A model generated the notes under the pieces. That model did no database searches, was not told where the DNA came from, and worked only from the letters and a program-made list of their open reading frames with translations. Below, piece after piece: positions 39,848-52,069 of a stretch of DNA of 64,000 nucleotides. Source of the DNA: Eledone cirrhosa. Its lineage: Eukaryota. Made by a program: the position numbers and the translations under genes. Within the stretch, counting starts at the first letter, position 1, and each line of letters opens with the position of its first letter. The DNA lies in assembly GCA_964016885.1 (NCBI GenBank), contig OZ024743.1, positions 80,724,001 to 80,788,000 on the forward strand, in the 5' to 3' direction.

Positions 39848-41708
39848 CAGTGGCGTAACTAGGGGAGGGGGGGGGGGGGGGCAAAGGGGGCACGTGCCCC
39901 CGGGCGCCGTTTTGAGGGGGAGCAAAATTGACCAAGATTGTTGACTTAAATTATTTTCTTTTTTACTGTGCATGAACAAAAACTTATGTTTTCCGTTGCT
40001 CAATACATTAGCCCATCAAGTGTTTGTGCTCTATAACTTAGCTTTTCTAAAGAATTTCTTCTTCTTCTTGCTCTCAACGTCAAGAAGAATGTTCTTCGAC
40101 GCGTAAAAAATGCTCGTCATCATGCGCTGATGGTGGACTCATCTCCTGATCAAGCTCATCGAGACCAGCTGTCACGAGTGGTGAGGTATGTGGATGTTGA
40201 TTTCGACAAAAGGACCGTTCGCATCCGAGAGTCCTTTCTGGGGTTCACCCTACTGGAAGAGAAAAATGCAGCCAGTACTGTAGAACTTATTTTGAAAGAA
40301 TTGAAAGATGATGGCCTTGCGCTGAATGATTGCAAGGCACACTGTTACGACAGCGCTGCGGTTATGGCCGGACACACCAGTGGGGTTCAACAACGCATAA
40401 AGAATTTGAACGAAAAGGCGATATTTGTTAACTGTGACAACCATTCACTTAACTTCGTTGGTTTGACCGCAGCAAAGAGTAGCTTCAAAGTTATGTCATT
40501 TCAACGTCATCGAGTCATTATTTGCGTTCTTTTCGCGATCAACACGGCGTTGGGAAAAGTTAAAACAAGCAATCCCTTTCGTTCTGAAATCTCCATCGGA
40601 CACCAGGTGGAGCGCAAGAGCAGATGCTGTAAAGCATCTTGCAAACTTTCTGAATGAAATCCTCAAGCTTCTGCAAAAGTTGGTAGAGGATAATGAGGAG
40701 AGATCCGACACACGAAGTGATGCAGAACATCTTTTAAGCCAAATGCTTGTCTTCCACTTCTTCGTGTTGCTTGGAATTCGGAATAGGATTCTGGCTCGAA
40801 TCGATCGGGTTCAGAAACGCCTTCCGGGATGCCGCTGATGATATCAAAGCCCTCCAGCAGTATTTCGCGGATAATGGAAGTACTCTTGCCCAGCAATCAG
40901 GCATTAAGTTAAGTCCCCGCTGGAACATTGACACCAGCAAACGTCGCGGAGGGCCAAGGCGGCAGCTTTCAGATAATTCTGAAGATGAATTACTGTCACC
41001 AGCCAGTGAAGTAAAAACAGTGATGCAAACCGTTCTCCTTCGAATTCAATCAGAAATGCATCTACGATTCACCCGTCTCAACGATATTGACGCGAGATTT
41101 GGCTTCCTCCTCGATGTCCGCTCTCTGTGCTATCCACCTTTTCCAGACGACCTCGCGCTCCGATCAAAGTGCTCTTCATTAGCTGATCACTACAATGCTG
41201 ACATTGATGGCAAGGAGCTTTTTGAAGAAATCGTTGTCTGTCGGGCGTTGTTGTCAACCCGCGCTAATGCTTCAGTCTCAAGACCAGAACACCTCCTGGA
41301 TTTTATTGTTCAATACGGAGACAACAGTGTATTTCCGAATTTGCGCATCGGTCTACAGATACTGCTAACAATGGCCGTTTCCGTCGCAAGCTGTGAGAGA
41401 TCCTTCAGCAAGCTCAACCTCATCTTATCATATTTTGCGGACATCAATATCTCAAAGCCGTCTGCGCCATACTCAGCATAGAAAGCGAAGAAACAAACGC
41501 AACCAATTTTGATGAAATAATCGATCAATTTGCATCAGCTAAAGCTAGAAAGATCCCTTTGTAAATATTTTTTTACTCTTTTTTCGATATTAATTTTATA
41601 AAAGTAATTTTAGATCATATATTCATCTATTTTCGTGTCGTTTAAATTATGGGGGGGGGGGGAATTTCGAGCTTTCCCGCGGGCGCAAAATCCCTAGTTA
41701 CGCCACTG
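39848..41708 (+). mobile_element. Internally deleted hAT DNA transposon (Tip100/ZMYM1-like)
   Basis: Perfect 17-bp TIRs CAGTGGCGTAACTAGGG / CCCTAGTTACGCCACTG; 8-bp TSD CTCAGTGC / TTCAGTGC. Confidence 0.93.
40050..41564 (+). pseudogene. Frameshifted hAT transposase
   Basis: Motifs MVDSSPD..H.DQLS.VVRYV, ESFLGF, CYDSAAVMAG..SGVQ.RI, CDNHSLN, TRWSAR (shifted frame), FPNLRI.LQILLTMAVSVASCERSFSKL (hATC dimerisation domain). Confidence 0.92.
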
Positions 41709-41786
41709 TTCAGTGCACAGTCTTGTCTTTCCTCACTTAAAAAAAAATCTTCACGCACAGGCATTGCACGGTAGAATTAATTAATA

Positions 41787-41903
41787 ATTGTTTCTACGTT
41801 AGGCACAAGGCCAGCAACTACCCAGTGTATTACTGGTACTTTATTTTATCGACCCCGTAAGGATGAAAGGCAAAGTTAACCTTGGCGGGATTTGAACTCA
41901 GAA
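41787..41903 (-). mobile_element. SINE family S1 copy inserted in family R1
   Basis: Same core as 30661-30850; absent from the 46237-46770 copy of R1. Confidence 0.8.
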
Positions 41904-42159
41904 TGGCAATGATTAAAAATGTTATATTGTGCAATGGTCATACTCGATAACGAGGGGGCAGCTATCATGTGTATATGTATGTATGTATGTATGTGTGCAT
42001 ACATGTAAGTCTATCTGTATGTATGTATGTTCTTCTGGTTTTATAATTTCACACATTTTTACCAATAGAGAGAGTCGGTTTCTAACATAGACACAAGACT
42101 CTCTCATTGGAATTTACACAACATCAACTAGGTAGATTATGTATGTATGTCTGCATGCA

Positions 42160-42335
42160 TGCATGTGTGTACAGGTATGGATGTTATTGTATGTGTGGAG
42201 GGGTATGTTGTGAGTTATATGTGTGCATGTGTATATGATTTGTATCTGTATGTGTGTACATGGAGTTATTAGCTGCAGAATTGTTGGAATGTTTTACATA
42301 TTTTTACTGTTCCATTAATGGATTGTACTTGTAGG
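42160..42335 (-). mobile_element. Short 3' fragment of the R4/Dong-like LINE
   Basis: TTGGAATGTTTTACATATTTTTACTGTTCCATTAATGGATTGTACTTGTA is identical to ~43998-44048, and the adjacent TG-rich UTR is similar. Confidence 0.75.
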
Positions 42336-42371
42336 TATGTATGTATTTATGTATGCATGTATGTATGTATG

Positions 42372-42695
42372 TAATGATGTTGACTTGTTCTTCTTTTTGG
42401 TAAATATCATCTTGATTAAGAGAGTGGGACTGGCTTTGTGCAGTGCATTTGCTCACTATAAAAGCTTCACGGCACAGGCATTGCTTTGTATCTGGAGATC
42501 TCTCTGCACTTGTCATCACATGTTACCATGGGCCCAGCACTATGTGTCAATAATTGTCACAAGTGTAGTGTTTGTACCAGAGTTTTCAAGTCGCTGGCTG
42601 GACTAAAAAGTCACACTCGTTCAGCGCATCGGTAGGGGTTCTCCTACATTGATATAAAGTAGTGGCCGTACTCGAAAACGAGTTGGCAGCCACCA
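42372..42695 (+). mobile_element. Family R2 3' portion
   Basis: Near-identical to 47027-47350 and 47657-47980; flanked by (TATG)n. Confidence 0.85.
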
Positions 42696-43547
42696 TGTAT
42701 GTATGTATGTATGCGTGTCTGTACATATATCTGTATAGTGAACTTCTATATTGTGTATATATGTTTGTGCATGTGTGTCTAGATGTATGTTTTTTATGCC
42801 TGTGGCTGTTCCTGTGTATGTATTTGTTATGTATGTTGAGTATACCTGTGGCTGTGTTTTGTGTATGCATGTGTGTGTGTGTCTATAATGTATATATGTA
42901 TGTGTATGTACCTGCTTGGAACATGCTCAAATGGATCTGGAGTGACTTTGCCATAAGGTTCCGAGTTCCATCCCATTGCGTGGTACCTTGAGCAAGGGTT
43001 TTGACCATATCCTCGTGCCGGCTAATACTCTGTGTGAAATTATTTCAGAGACTGTTTTGACACCAATCACACGTGTTAGTAATTATGTTAATGTCACACG
43101 TGTCTGTGGAATACTCAGCCACTCGTATAAGGATTTCCGATTTAGACACAAGGCCAACAAATTTGTCGAGGGAGGTGGGAAATCAATGAAATCGACTCCT
43201 GTGAGTTAATTAGAGTTGTATTTGTAGTGGTGTTAACCTGGGGAGAGGCGGCTCCATCGAAGGAATTCACGGTGTAAGTTCATTTCAATGGAGTTTCTTC
43301 GGGCGATTGGTTTCACAAGCGGTGCCCAGCCATAAGTATATGCACTTTAGAATAGCGCGATCCAAGTGTTGCATCGGTTATAGCACCGAGCTCTCACTTT
43401 CACACCCAACCCAATTTCGTGGGGCCTTTGCCACGACAGAGACACATGGGGAGGAGTTTGGCCTGCTGAGGTGATAAACACAACCTATTTGAGCCTTATG
43501 TAGGCCGGCAGGAGCTCATCCCACTGCCCAGTTCAGACATAACGACC

Positions 43548-43690
43548 CTCAGTATTACTGGTACTTTATTTTGTAGACTCCGCAAGGACGAAAGGCAAAA
43601 CTAACCGCGGCAGTATTTGATCTAAAAAAAATGAAGAGCCGTAAATCCATGTTGCAAAGCATCGTGTCCGACGCTCTACCGATTACTGCC
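43548..43690 (-). mobile_element. Diverged SINE family S1 copy
   Basis: CAGTATTACTGGTACTTTATTTTGTAGACTCCGCAAGGACGAAAGGCAAA...ATTTGATCT. Confidence 0.65.
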
Positions 43691-43859
43691 TATCCTTATA
43701 TGATAAAGATGTAATATACCTGCATTATAAGAAGCCAAACATGTTACGGACTCGGGCTGAATCTTCCTGAGAATTATATTAAAAGTTCACGTGTCTGTGA
43801 AATACTCAGCGAGTCCAGGAATAAGATGTAACATGGAAACTGATGGATGTCCTTGTATG

Positions 43860-46190
43860 GGCATGTGGTTGTGTATGTATGTGTGTGTTTATTTGAATGT
43901 ATGGGCATGTGGATGTGTATGTTTTGAGTTGTATGTGTGCATGTGTATATGCTTTGCATCTGTACATATGTATATGCAGTTATTAGATGCAAAAGTTTTG
44001 GAATGTTTTACATATTTTTACTGTTCCATTAATGGATTGTACTTGTAATTTCCCAACTAGTTGTGTTCTTTCTGTTCCTGTGAAGCCTAGCTTCTCAAGA
44101 TTTGTATTGAGGCAGTTACTAACATATCCCAGTGCCCCAATAATCACAGGCATAAATCTGAAGGTGTAATCAAGGTGGAGTATCTGCAGATTACTCATCA
44201 GTTCTGCATAAATATTCTCCTTTTCGCTAATCTTTGATATTATATTGGCATCTGCTGGGAAGGTAATTTCCATACTGTGCATGCTTTCTTCTCCCTGTCC
44301 CATATCATAATATCTGGTCTGTTATGCCTGCATTTTATTGGGGTTTTTACTGGAACATTCCACCAGTCCTGTTTCATATTATGTATATGGATGTCTTCCA
44401 CATTGTTGTAGCTTTTAATGTGTTTATTATCGGGGCTATCTTTTTTATGAACTGCATTGCTCAGTGTTTTGGCCACTACATCATGCCTCATAGGTAGATA
44501 GTACCGCGATGACATCTTTAGACAGCTGCTGATGACATGGGTGATATCCTGGATGTTAGTTCTGCAGAGTCTGCACTTGTTATCACATCTAGGTGTTTTG
44601 CCTGCATCACTATCTCTTTTGTGAATCAGGTATTTCGTGTTGATTTCCTGTTCATGGATTGCAAAAGCGTATCCTTCAAAGTGGGAGCCAATGTAGCGGT
44701 TGTTGGTCCAAGATAGACTACTTTCCTTATCTATATTACTCTCACTCTGGAGCTTTCTGGCAACATATCCATGCATGATTTTTTTGCTGATAAGCATGCA
44801 GTTTTTCATCCATGGATTCTCTGCGAAACTGCTGAGCGAAATCCCTGGGTGTGAGTTTTTCATTATGACACAGGGAATATCTTTCGAGGAGTTCCTTCCC
44901 AACTCTCATGATCTTATCTGTTTCATGCAGATAGACTTGCTCGAGAGACGCGCTACTACGCTTCGAGGTTCGTAGCTGTTGTCGGAGAGATATGATGCGA
45001 CACTCAAATGTTGTCTGGACTGATGTTAGGCCTCTGCCTCCCTGCTTACGTTTCAAGTAAAGGCGGTCTATGTCACTGTTGATGTGGAAGTTTCCGATGT
45101 TGTTTAGTATTTTTCGAGTTCTAACATCAATTGCTCGGATTTCGTCTATCGTCCAATTGAGTATTCCAAACGTTGGTGTTAGGACAGGCACAGCAAATAC
45201 ATTGTGAGCCACTGTTTTGTTTTGCACAGCGAGTTCCGATGACCAGATCTTTCTTAATCGGGTGTAGTGTTCCCTGGTTACTCGTTCTTTATTATAGATA
45301 CCATTATAGGATGTGTTTTCATCTATCCCCAGGTATCTGTAGCAGTCCTCATTAGATATCGGTGAAACAGTTAGGCCATTGATGATAATGTTGCAAGATT
45401 GGGTTGTTGTTTTACACCGCTTTACAGTCATATATGAGCATTTATCTTGTCCAAACTCCATTCCTATATCCTTTGAGAATGTTGTAACCCGGTCAAGATT
45501 TTTTTTCATCCCATTCATGTTCTTGGCATAGAGTCTCTGATCATCCACTAAGAAATTATGGGTTAGGTTCGTATTTCTGTCTTCTTGTGAGCCAATGATG
45601 TATCCTTCACATTTCTTGAGCAGAAAGGACAAGGGGTTTAATGACAGGATGAATAATATCACAGAGAGACTGTCTCCCTGAAATATACTCCTGTGATATT
45701 TTATTTTATCAGTGAAAATAGAGTCCTCCTTCTCTGTCTTTAACTTTAGGATAGTAGCCCAAGAAGAAGACAGCTTCTCTATGGCTCTGACAATAATGTC
45801 TGGGACTTTAGCAAGTTGGAGGCCCTCTATAATCCAAGAATGGGGAACAGAATCGAAAGCTTACCTGTAGTCCAGCCAGACTGTAGCAATATTCCTCCTA
45901 AATTGTCGCAGTTTTGTTCAACACATCCCCAAACCCCTTTCTTTCCAGCTGCTTCTTCATCTGTGATGATGTTATTATTTTCACAGTGATCTTGGAGGAA
46001 TAGGTTCAGGCAGGCTGTATGCATCTTATACATCAGGTTCTGGCATGCAATGGGTCGGTAGTTTTTTACCAAGTGCGTGTCTTTGTTCTTGAGGACCACT
46101 AATGTTTGTGCTAATGTCAACCATTCTGGTATAAGTGTATCTCCCATAAGAGCTTGTTGGTAGAGGTCAGTAAGATACCTCCGATAGAAT
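43860..46190 (-). mobile_element. 5'-truncated, decayed non-LTR retrotransposon with RT and restriction-like endonuclease (R4/Dong-like)
   Basis: NYRPIACQN, W.DYR.AFDS, GDSLS..LF.L.LNPL, HNFLVDD, MEFGQDKC, YRYLG, CRLC..(H)..SSC knuckle, RHD.VA, HNRPDI, PVIIGALG; several frameshifts. Confidence 0.9.
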
Positions 46191-46236
46191 ATGTATGTAT
46201 GTATGTATGGATGTATGTACCTATGTATGTATGTTA

Positions 46237-46770
46237 TGTCGGGTCACTCTTGAGTGCTACTGGTAACATGTAATCCAGTACAACCTGTCGCATGGTCGGG
46301 TCGTCAGCGACTAAGCCGGCAACCCCACCAAGTTTACTTGGTGAGGAGGGTGATTTTGTACACCCGGCAGGACAAAAAACAAGACCTGACAAAGGGCGGA
46401 AGAACTCATAAGAGTCAACGGCCATCCGAAAGTGTGTAAATATGTATATACACATGTAGCGCGCGGTTAAATCACTGGTAGTGAAGGAACCCTAGCCTTT
46501 GTCAGGGCATTCTACTAGGAGAAGGCAACTCAGGAAACTGGGATAACTCCGATATCAAACCTGCGGCTCAGTAGTTACCGATGATGTTGATCTTTTCTTC
46601 TTTTCGGGTTATAGCTACTGTCGTTCAGAGAGTGGGATTAGCTCAGTGCAGTCTTTCCTCACTTTAAAAAATATCTTCATGCACAAGCATTGCACGATAG
46701 AATTAATAATTATTAATAATCGTATATCATGCAATGACCATACTCGATAATGAAGGGGCAGCCATCATGT
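46237..46770 (+). mobile_element. Family R1 uninterrupted copy
   Basis: Colinear with the 39435 copy; empty site GCTCAGTGCAGTC at ~46641. Confidence 0.85.
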
Positions 46771-46789
46771 GTGTATGTATGTATGTATG

Positions 46790-47980
46790 TAACAACCTGT
46801 CCCATGGTCGGGTTGTTGGCGACTAAACTGGCAACCCCACCAAGGTTTCTTGGTGAGGAGGGTGACTTTGGACATCCTGCAGGACTAAAAACAAAACCTG
46901 TCAAAGGGCAAAGGTGCTCTTAAGAGTCAATGGCCATCCGGGAGAGATGACTCCTTAGCCTTTGTCAAGGCAGAATTCTAGGAGAAGGAAAACTCTGATA
47001 TAACACCTGCAACCCTGATGGTATCCAATGATGTTGACTTGTTCTTCTTTTTGGTAAATATCATCTTGGTTAAGAGAGTGGGACTGGCTTTGTGCAGTGC
47101 CTTTGCTCACTATAAAAGCTTCACGGCACAAGCATTGCTTTATATCTGGAGATCTCTCTGCACTTGTCATCACATGGTACCATGGGTCCAGCACTATGTG
47201 TCAATAATTGTCACAAGTGTAGTGTTTGTACCAGAGTTTTCAAGTCGCTTGCTGGACTAAAAAGTCACACTTGTTCAGCGTATCGGTAGGGGTTCTCCTA
47301 CATGGATATATAGTAGTGGCCGTACTCGAAAACGAGTTGGCAGCCACTATGTATGTATGTATGTATGTATGTATGTATGTATGTATGTATGTATGTATGT
47401 ATGTATGTATGTATGTATGTATGTATGGTCGGGTCGTTGGCGACTAAACTGGCAACCCCACCAAGTTTTCTTGGTGAGGAGGGTGACTTTGGACATCCTG
47501 CAGGACTAAAAACAAAACCTGTCAAAGGGCAAAGGAGCTCTTAAGAGTCAATGGCCATCCAAAATCACCGGGAGAGATGACCCCTTAGCCTTTGTCAAGG
47601 CAGAATTCTAGGAGAAGGAAAACTCTGATATAACACCTGCAACCCTGATGGTATCCAATGATGTTGACTTGTTCTCCTTTTTGGTAAATATCATCTTGGT
47701 TAAGAGAGTGGGACTGGCTTTGTGCAGTGCCTTTTCTCACTATAAAAGCTTCACAGCACAGGCATTGCTTTATGTCTGGAGATCTCTCTGCACTTGTCAT
47801 CACATGGTACCATGGGTCCAGCACTATGTGTCAATAATTGTCACAAGTGTAGTGTTTGTACCAGAGTTTTCAAGTCGCTGGCTGGACTAAAAAGTCACGC
47901 TTGTTCAGCGCATTGGTAGGGCTCCTCCTACATGGATATAAAGTAGTGGCCGTACTCGAAAACGAGTTGGCAGCCACCAT
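46790..47980 (+). mobile_element. Two tandem family R2 copies separated by (TATG)n
   Basis: 46800-47350 is nearly identical to 47426-47980 (period ~630 bp); (TATG)n at 47348-47425. Confidence 0.9.
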
Positions 47981-48207
47981 GTATGTATGTAAGAGTATGA
48001 CTGTACCTATGTATGTGTTCATGGTTCACTGCTGGGATAGTTTGTTACCCTAACAGGATGTGAGATTGATTAGACATGGTGTGTGCGTGTATATATATGA
48101 ATGTGTGTATGTATGTGTACATATATGTTTGACCGTATATATGTATACGTGCGCTGATGCGTGAATATATATGTGTGTGTGTGAATATATACGTGTCTGT
48201 GGATATA

Positions 48208-48263
<56 letters not shown>

Positions 48264-48469
48264 GGTGTGTGTGTGTGTGTGTGTGTGTGCGGGTGTGTGT
48301 ATGTGTGTGTGTACGCGTCTGTATATATGTATATGTGTGTACCTTATATATGTGTCTGTATATGGTGGTGTATATGTATGATTGTGTGGGTGTTTTTGGT
48401 CAACAGGATGTTCTAGATACTGAATGGCCGGAGAATGACCGCGGCTATCTGCTGGGGGCCGTGGTTGTG

Positions 48470-49725
48470 CTGTTAGTGATAGTGATGGTGGTGATGGGGC
48501 TTTAGGAGGTGGCGGTGAAGTTGGTGGTGTTGGTGGTGGTGTTGGTGGTAGTGTTTGTGGTGGTGGTGGTGTTGGTGGTGGTGGTGGTGATGGTGGGGGT
48601 AGTGGTGATGGTGGTGATGGTGGTGGTGGTGGTGTTGATGGGGGTTTAGGAGGTGGCAGTGAAGTTGGTGGTGGTGTTGATGGGGGTTTAGGAGGTGGCG
48701 GTGAAGTTGGTGTGGTGTTGATGGGGGTTTAGGAGGTGGCGGTGAAGTTGGTGTGGTGTTGATGGTGGTGTTGGTGGTGGTGGTGGTAGTGTTTGTGGTG
48801 GTGGTGGTGGTGTTGGTGGTGGTGTTGATGGGGGTTTAGGAGGTGACGGTGAAGTTGGTGTGGTGTTGATGGGGGTTTAGGAGGTGGCGGTGAAGTTGGT
48901 GGTGTTGGTGGTAGTGTTTGTGGTGGTGGTGGTGGTGTTGGTGGTGGTGGTGGTGATGGTGGGGGTAGTGGTAATGGTGGTGGTGGTGATGGTGGTGTTG
49001 GTGATGTTGGTGGTGGTGGTGATGGTGGTGTTGCTGGTGGTGGTGTTGGTGGTGATGTTGGTGGTGTTGGTGGTGGTGGTGTTGGTGGTGATGTTGGTGG
49101 TGTTGGTGGTGGTGGTGTTGGTGGTGGTGGTGTGGTGGTGTTGGTGGTGGTGTTGGTGATGGTGGGGGTGATGTTGGTGGTGTTGGTGGTGGTGGTGTTG
49201 GTGGTGATGTTGGTGGTGTTGGTGGTGGTGGTGTTGGTGGTGGTGGTGTGGTGGTGTTGGTGGTGGTGTTGGTGATGGTGGGGGTGATGGGAGTTATGGT
49301 GTAGTGGTGTGGTGATGGTGGTCGTGGCGATGTTGGTGATGGTAGTGCTGGTGGTGTTGGTGTTGGTGGTGTTGGTGGTGGTGGTGTTGGTGGTGGTGGT
49401 TGTGGTGGTGTTGGTGGTTTTGGGGGTGATGTTGGTGGTAGTGATGGTGGTGTTGTTGGTGGTGGTAGTGTGGTGGTGTGGTGGTGATGTTGGTGATGTT
49501 GGTGGTGAAGGTGGTGGTGGTGGTGAGGGTGGTGGTGTTGGTGGTGGTGGTGTGGTGGTGTTGGTTGTGATGTTGGTGGTGGTGGGGCGATGGTGGTGTT
49601 GGTGGGAGTGGTGTGGTGGTGTTGGTGGTGGTGGTGGTGGTGGTGCTGGTGGTGATGGTGGTGGTGGTGGCGATGTTGTTGTTGTTGGTGGTGGTGGTGG
49701 TGTTGGTGGTGGTGGTGGTGTTAGT
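48470..49725. repeat. GGT-rich low-complexity tract including a 41-bp subrepeat
   Basis: GATGGGGGTTTAGGAGGTGGCGGTGAAGTTGGTGTGGTGTT about 6 copies, then degenerate (GGT/GTT/GAT)n. Confidence 0.9.
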
Positions 49726-50314
49726 CACGCTGTTCAGTTGGACCTGGCTTTACATTGGCTTCTGTTACTGGATGAAGTAGGTCACAGACCAGTTACTACT
49801 ACTACTACTACTACTAGTCAAGTCCGTTTAACATTATACGTCTGGATTTCTCTCTTCCCATTATAACAGATGGAATGGTCTCAAATGGAATGACTTAAAT
49901 CCCACGTCAGTTCAATCAGGTTTAAACTGAGATTACACAGCTACATACAGTGTAGTATATTCTATTCATAGATGGTTTACTTGTGTATAGGTCTGCTTGA
50001 TCAGAACTGACTTGGGGCAATTAACAACAAAATCACTATAGCGAGATCTTAAACTGATAAAATGACAAATCAGTCAATCATATTGATGGCCTCCCCACAG
50101 CCCCGGTGGACAGAATGGAGAAGGCGTTTCCCCGGAGGACGGCAAGGGAGACGCGCTGGAAAAGCTATTCCAGCTCGCGGGGCTCACACCTGTGGCTGGC
50201 CAGCTCAGCTCTATGGTGGTGAGTAGGGAGGTAGCCCTAGGGCCGAGGACACCAGAGGTCTCCACTGCCAAGGGTACAACCGCAAACCTGTCGGAGTAGA
50301 AATCGTTAGAAAGT

Positions 50315-50610
50315 CGGATAAAATGATTTGTGGTATATATTCCAACTCTGTTGTCTCATATGAAATCCTGTCGAGATCAACTTTGCTTTTCATCCTTTCG
50401 GGGTCGATAAAGTAAGTACCAGTTTAATACTGGGAACGATTCTTCTCCTATATCTCTGTCTCACCTTCTCTCTCTCATTTTTTATCATTCTCTGGAAGTA
50501 ATCTGCTATATTCAGACCTGGAGATGGATGGGCACCACAAGACTTAAAACACCCAAGAAATGCCGTCAATACGGTGTCCCTACGACTCCATCAGCAGATA
50601 CGGGACCATA
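50315..50610 (+). mobile_element. S1-core SINE with extended 3' segment
   Basis: CTTTGCTTTTCATCCTTTCGGGGTCGATAAAGTAAGTACCAG followed by CTGGAAGTAATCTGCTATATTCAGACCTGGAGA...CCCTACGACT. Confidence 0.65.
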
Positions 50611-50829
50611 CAGTATAATAAACGTGTATATAAAGGTTCCTATATGCAAATGGTTATCTCCAACAGATGTTTCATATGCAAAAAATGTAATATAATCTAT
50701 AGTTTATTTCATTATTAGTACTGAGGTGTGTGTGTGTGTGGGGGGGGGGGGGGTCATCACTGCGGACGGATAAACATCCAGAAAAAACATGTCTGATGTT
50801 CTAACAATGGTAGTAAGATAGCTGTGACA

Positions 50830-51170
50830 TGCGTAGTCCTGTTACTCCAGAAGAAGTCGTAGGGGCGCCATATTGACATACAGCGTTTCTAGGGTATTTT
50901 TTAAAACCTGGTGGAGCCCATTTACTCTCCAGGTCTGAAAACAGCACATTTCTTCCAGGGAAGGATAGAGAGGGCGAGAGAATGGAAACGAGAGAGATAT
51001 ATAGAGGAAGATTCGACCCCAGTATTTGGCTGGTACTTTTTTTATCGACCTCGAATGGATGAAAGGAAGAGCTGACCTCGGCGGGATTTGAACTCAGCGA
51101 ACAGACAACTGGAACATATACCACAGAACATTCTATCGGAAGTTCTAAAAACTGTTAATTCTCCGCCGTT
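50830..51170 (-). mobile_element. S1-core SINE with extended 3' segment, inverted relative to 50315-50610
   Basis: AGTCGTAGGGG...CTCCAGGTCTGAAAACAGCACATTTCTTCCAG...TTTATCGACCTCGAATGGATGAAAGG...GGGATTTGAACTCAG. Confidence 0.7.
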
Positions 51171-51339
51171 AGCAGTGACATGATTGCAGCTTAAGTCATT
51201 CATTGCAAGGTTTATTATACATAAACATATCATATATACCTTTATATACAACTCTATTTTGAGTGATGTTTTCTTAATGCTTAAGGTCCCCATCTGTCAC
51301 TAATCACCATGGGTTTGACCTAGAATGTTTCCTTTCGAG

Positions 51340-51595
51340 ATACAAGCCTTGGCAAGATGTGTTTGTGGAAGACCAGTAGTCACCCATACATACCAGTCTC
51401 TCCTCTCCATGCCACTGATGTTGTCCAAGGGAAAGGCAATGACTGATACAGCTTGGCACCAGTGACGTCTCAACTTATTTCTACAGCTGAGTAAACTGGA
51501 GCAATGTGAAATAAAGTGTCTTGCTCACCCGGTTCGAGAATTGAACTCATTACCTCTCAATAACAAACCCAATGCTCTAATCACTCGGCCGTACT
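51340..51595 (-). mobile_element. SINE (S3-related)
   Basis: GGAGCAATGTGAAATAAAGTGTCTTGCTCA...GAATTGAACTCA shared with 39040-39162. Confidence 0.6.
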
Positions 51596-52069
51596 ACTGC
51601 TATCATAGATACAAAGTGTGCGTGAGTGGATCTCCATCGTTTCTAGCCACTAGTGTGTCAGTCCATTATATTATGGTGAAAGTAGCTGAGTATTCCGCGA
51701 CCACAGGAACACATGAAGCCGTAATATACTGCCATTCCAATTTTAGATTATATATCCCCATTAAAATATATTCTATATAGCTTCACCTTTTAAGATATAA
51801 TTGACCATTTAATAATATTGTTTATATGAAATAGTATCGGAGTGTTTAGCAGATTGTAGTTCTTAGAGAATGTAGAAATAGTAAATGTAGAGAATAAGTG
51901 TAAATGCAGTTGATAGTTGTAGTTAATAGTTTAGGTAATTGAGTAAAATACATCTAGAGTCGGAAGCAAAGTGGACAGCAGCCGCTACGGAGATTCAAAA
52001 TCTGTGGTTACAATTATTTGAGATTTTTACATATTCTAAGAATATTCTTTATAGCATTGTAAGATACTC

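Larger units (their letters stand above)
39435..41970 (+). mobile_element. (TATG)n-flanked non-autonomous repeat (family R1), interrupted by hAT and SINE insertions
   Basis: 39435-39847 plus 41709-41970 are colinear with the uninterrupted copy at 46237-46770. Confidence 0.85.

Noticed and set aside
48638-48900. TTTAGG as telomeric repeat
   Set aside because: Isolated within a 41-bp unit, not tandem TTAGGG
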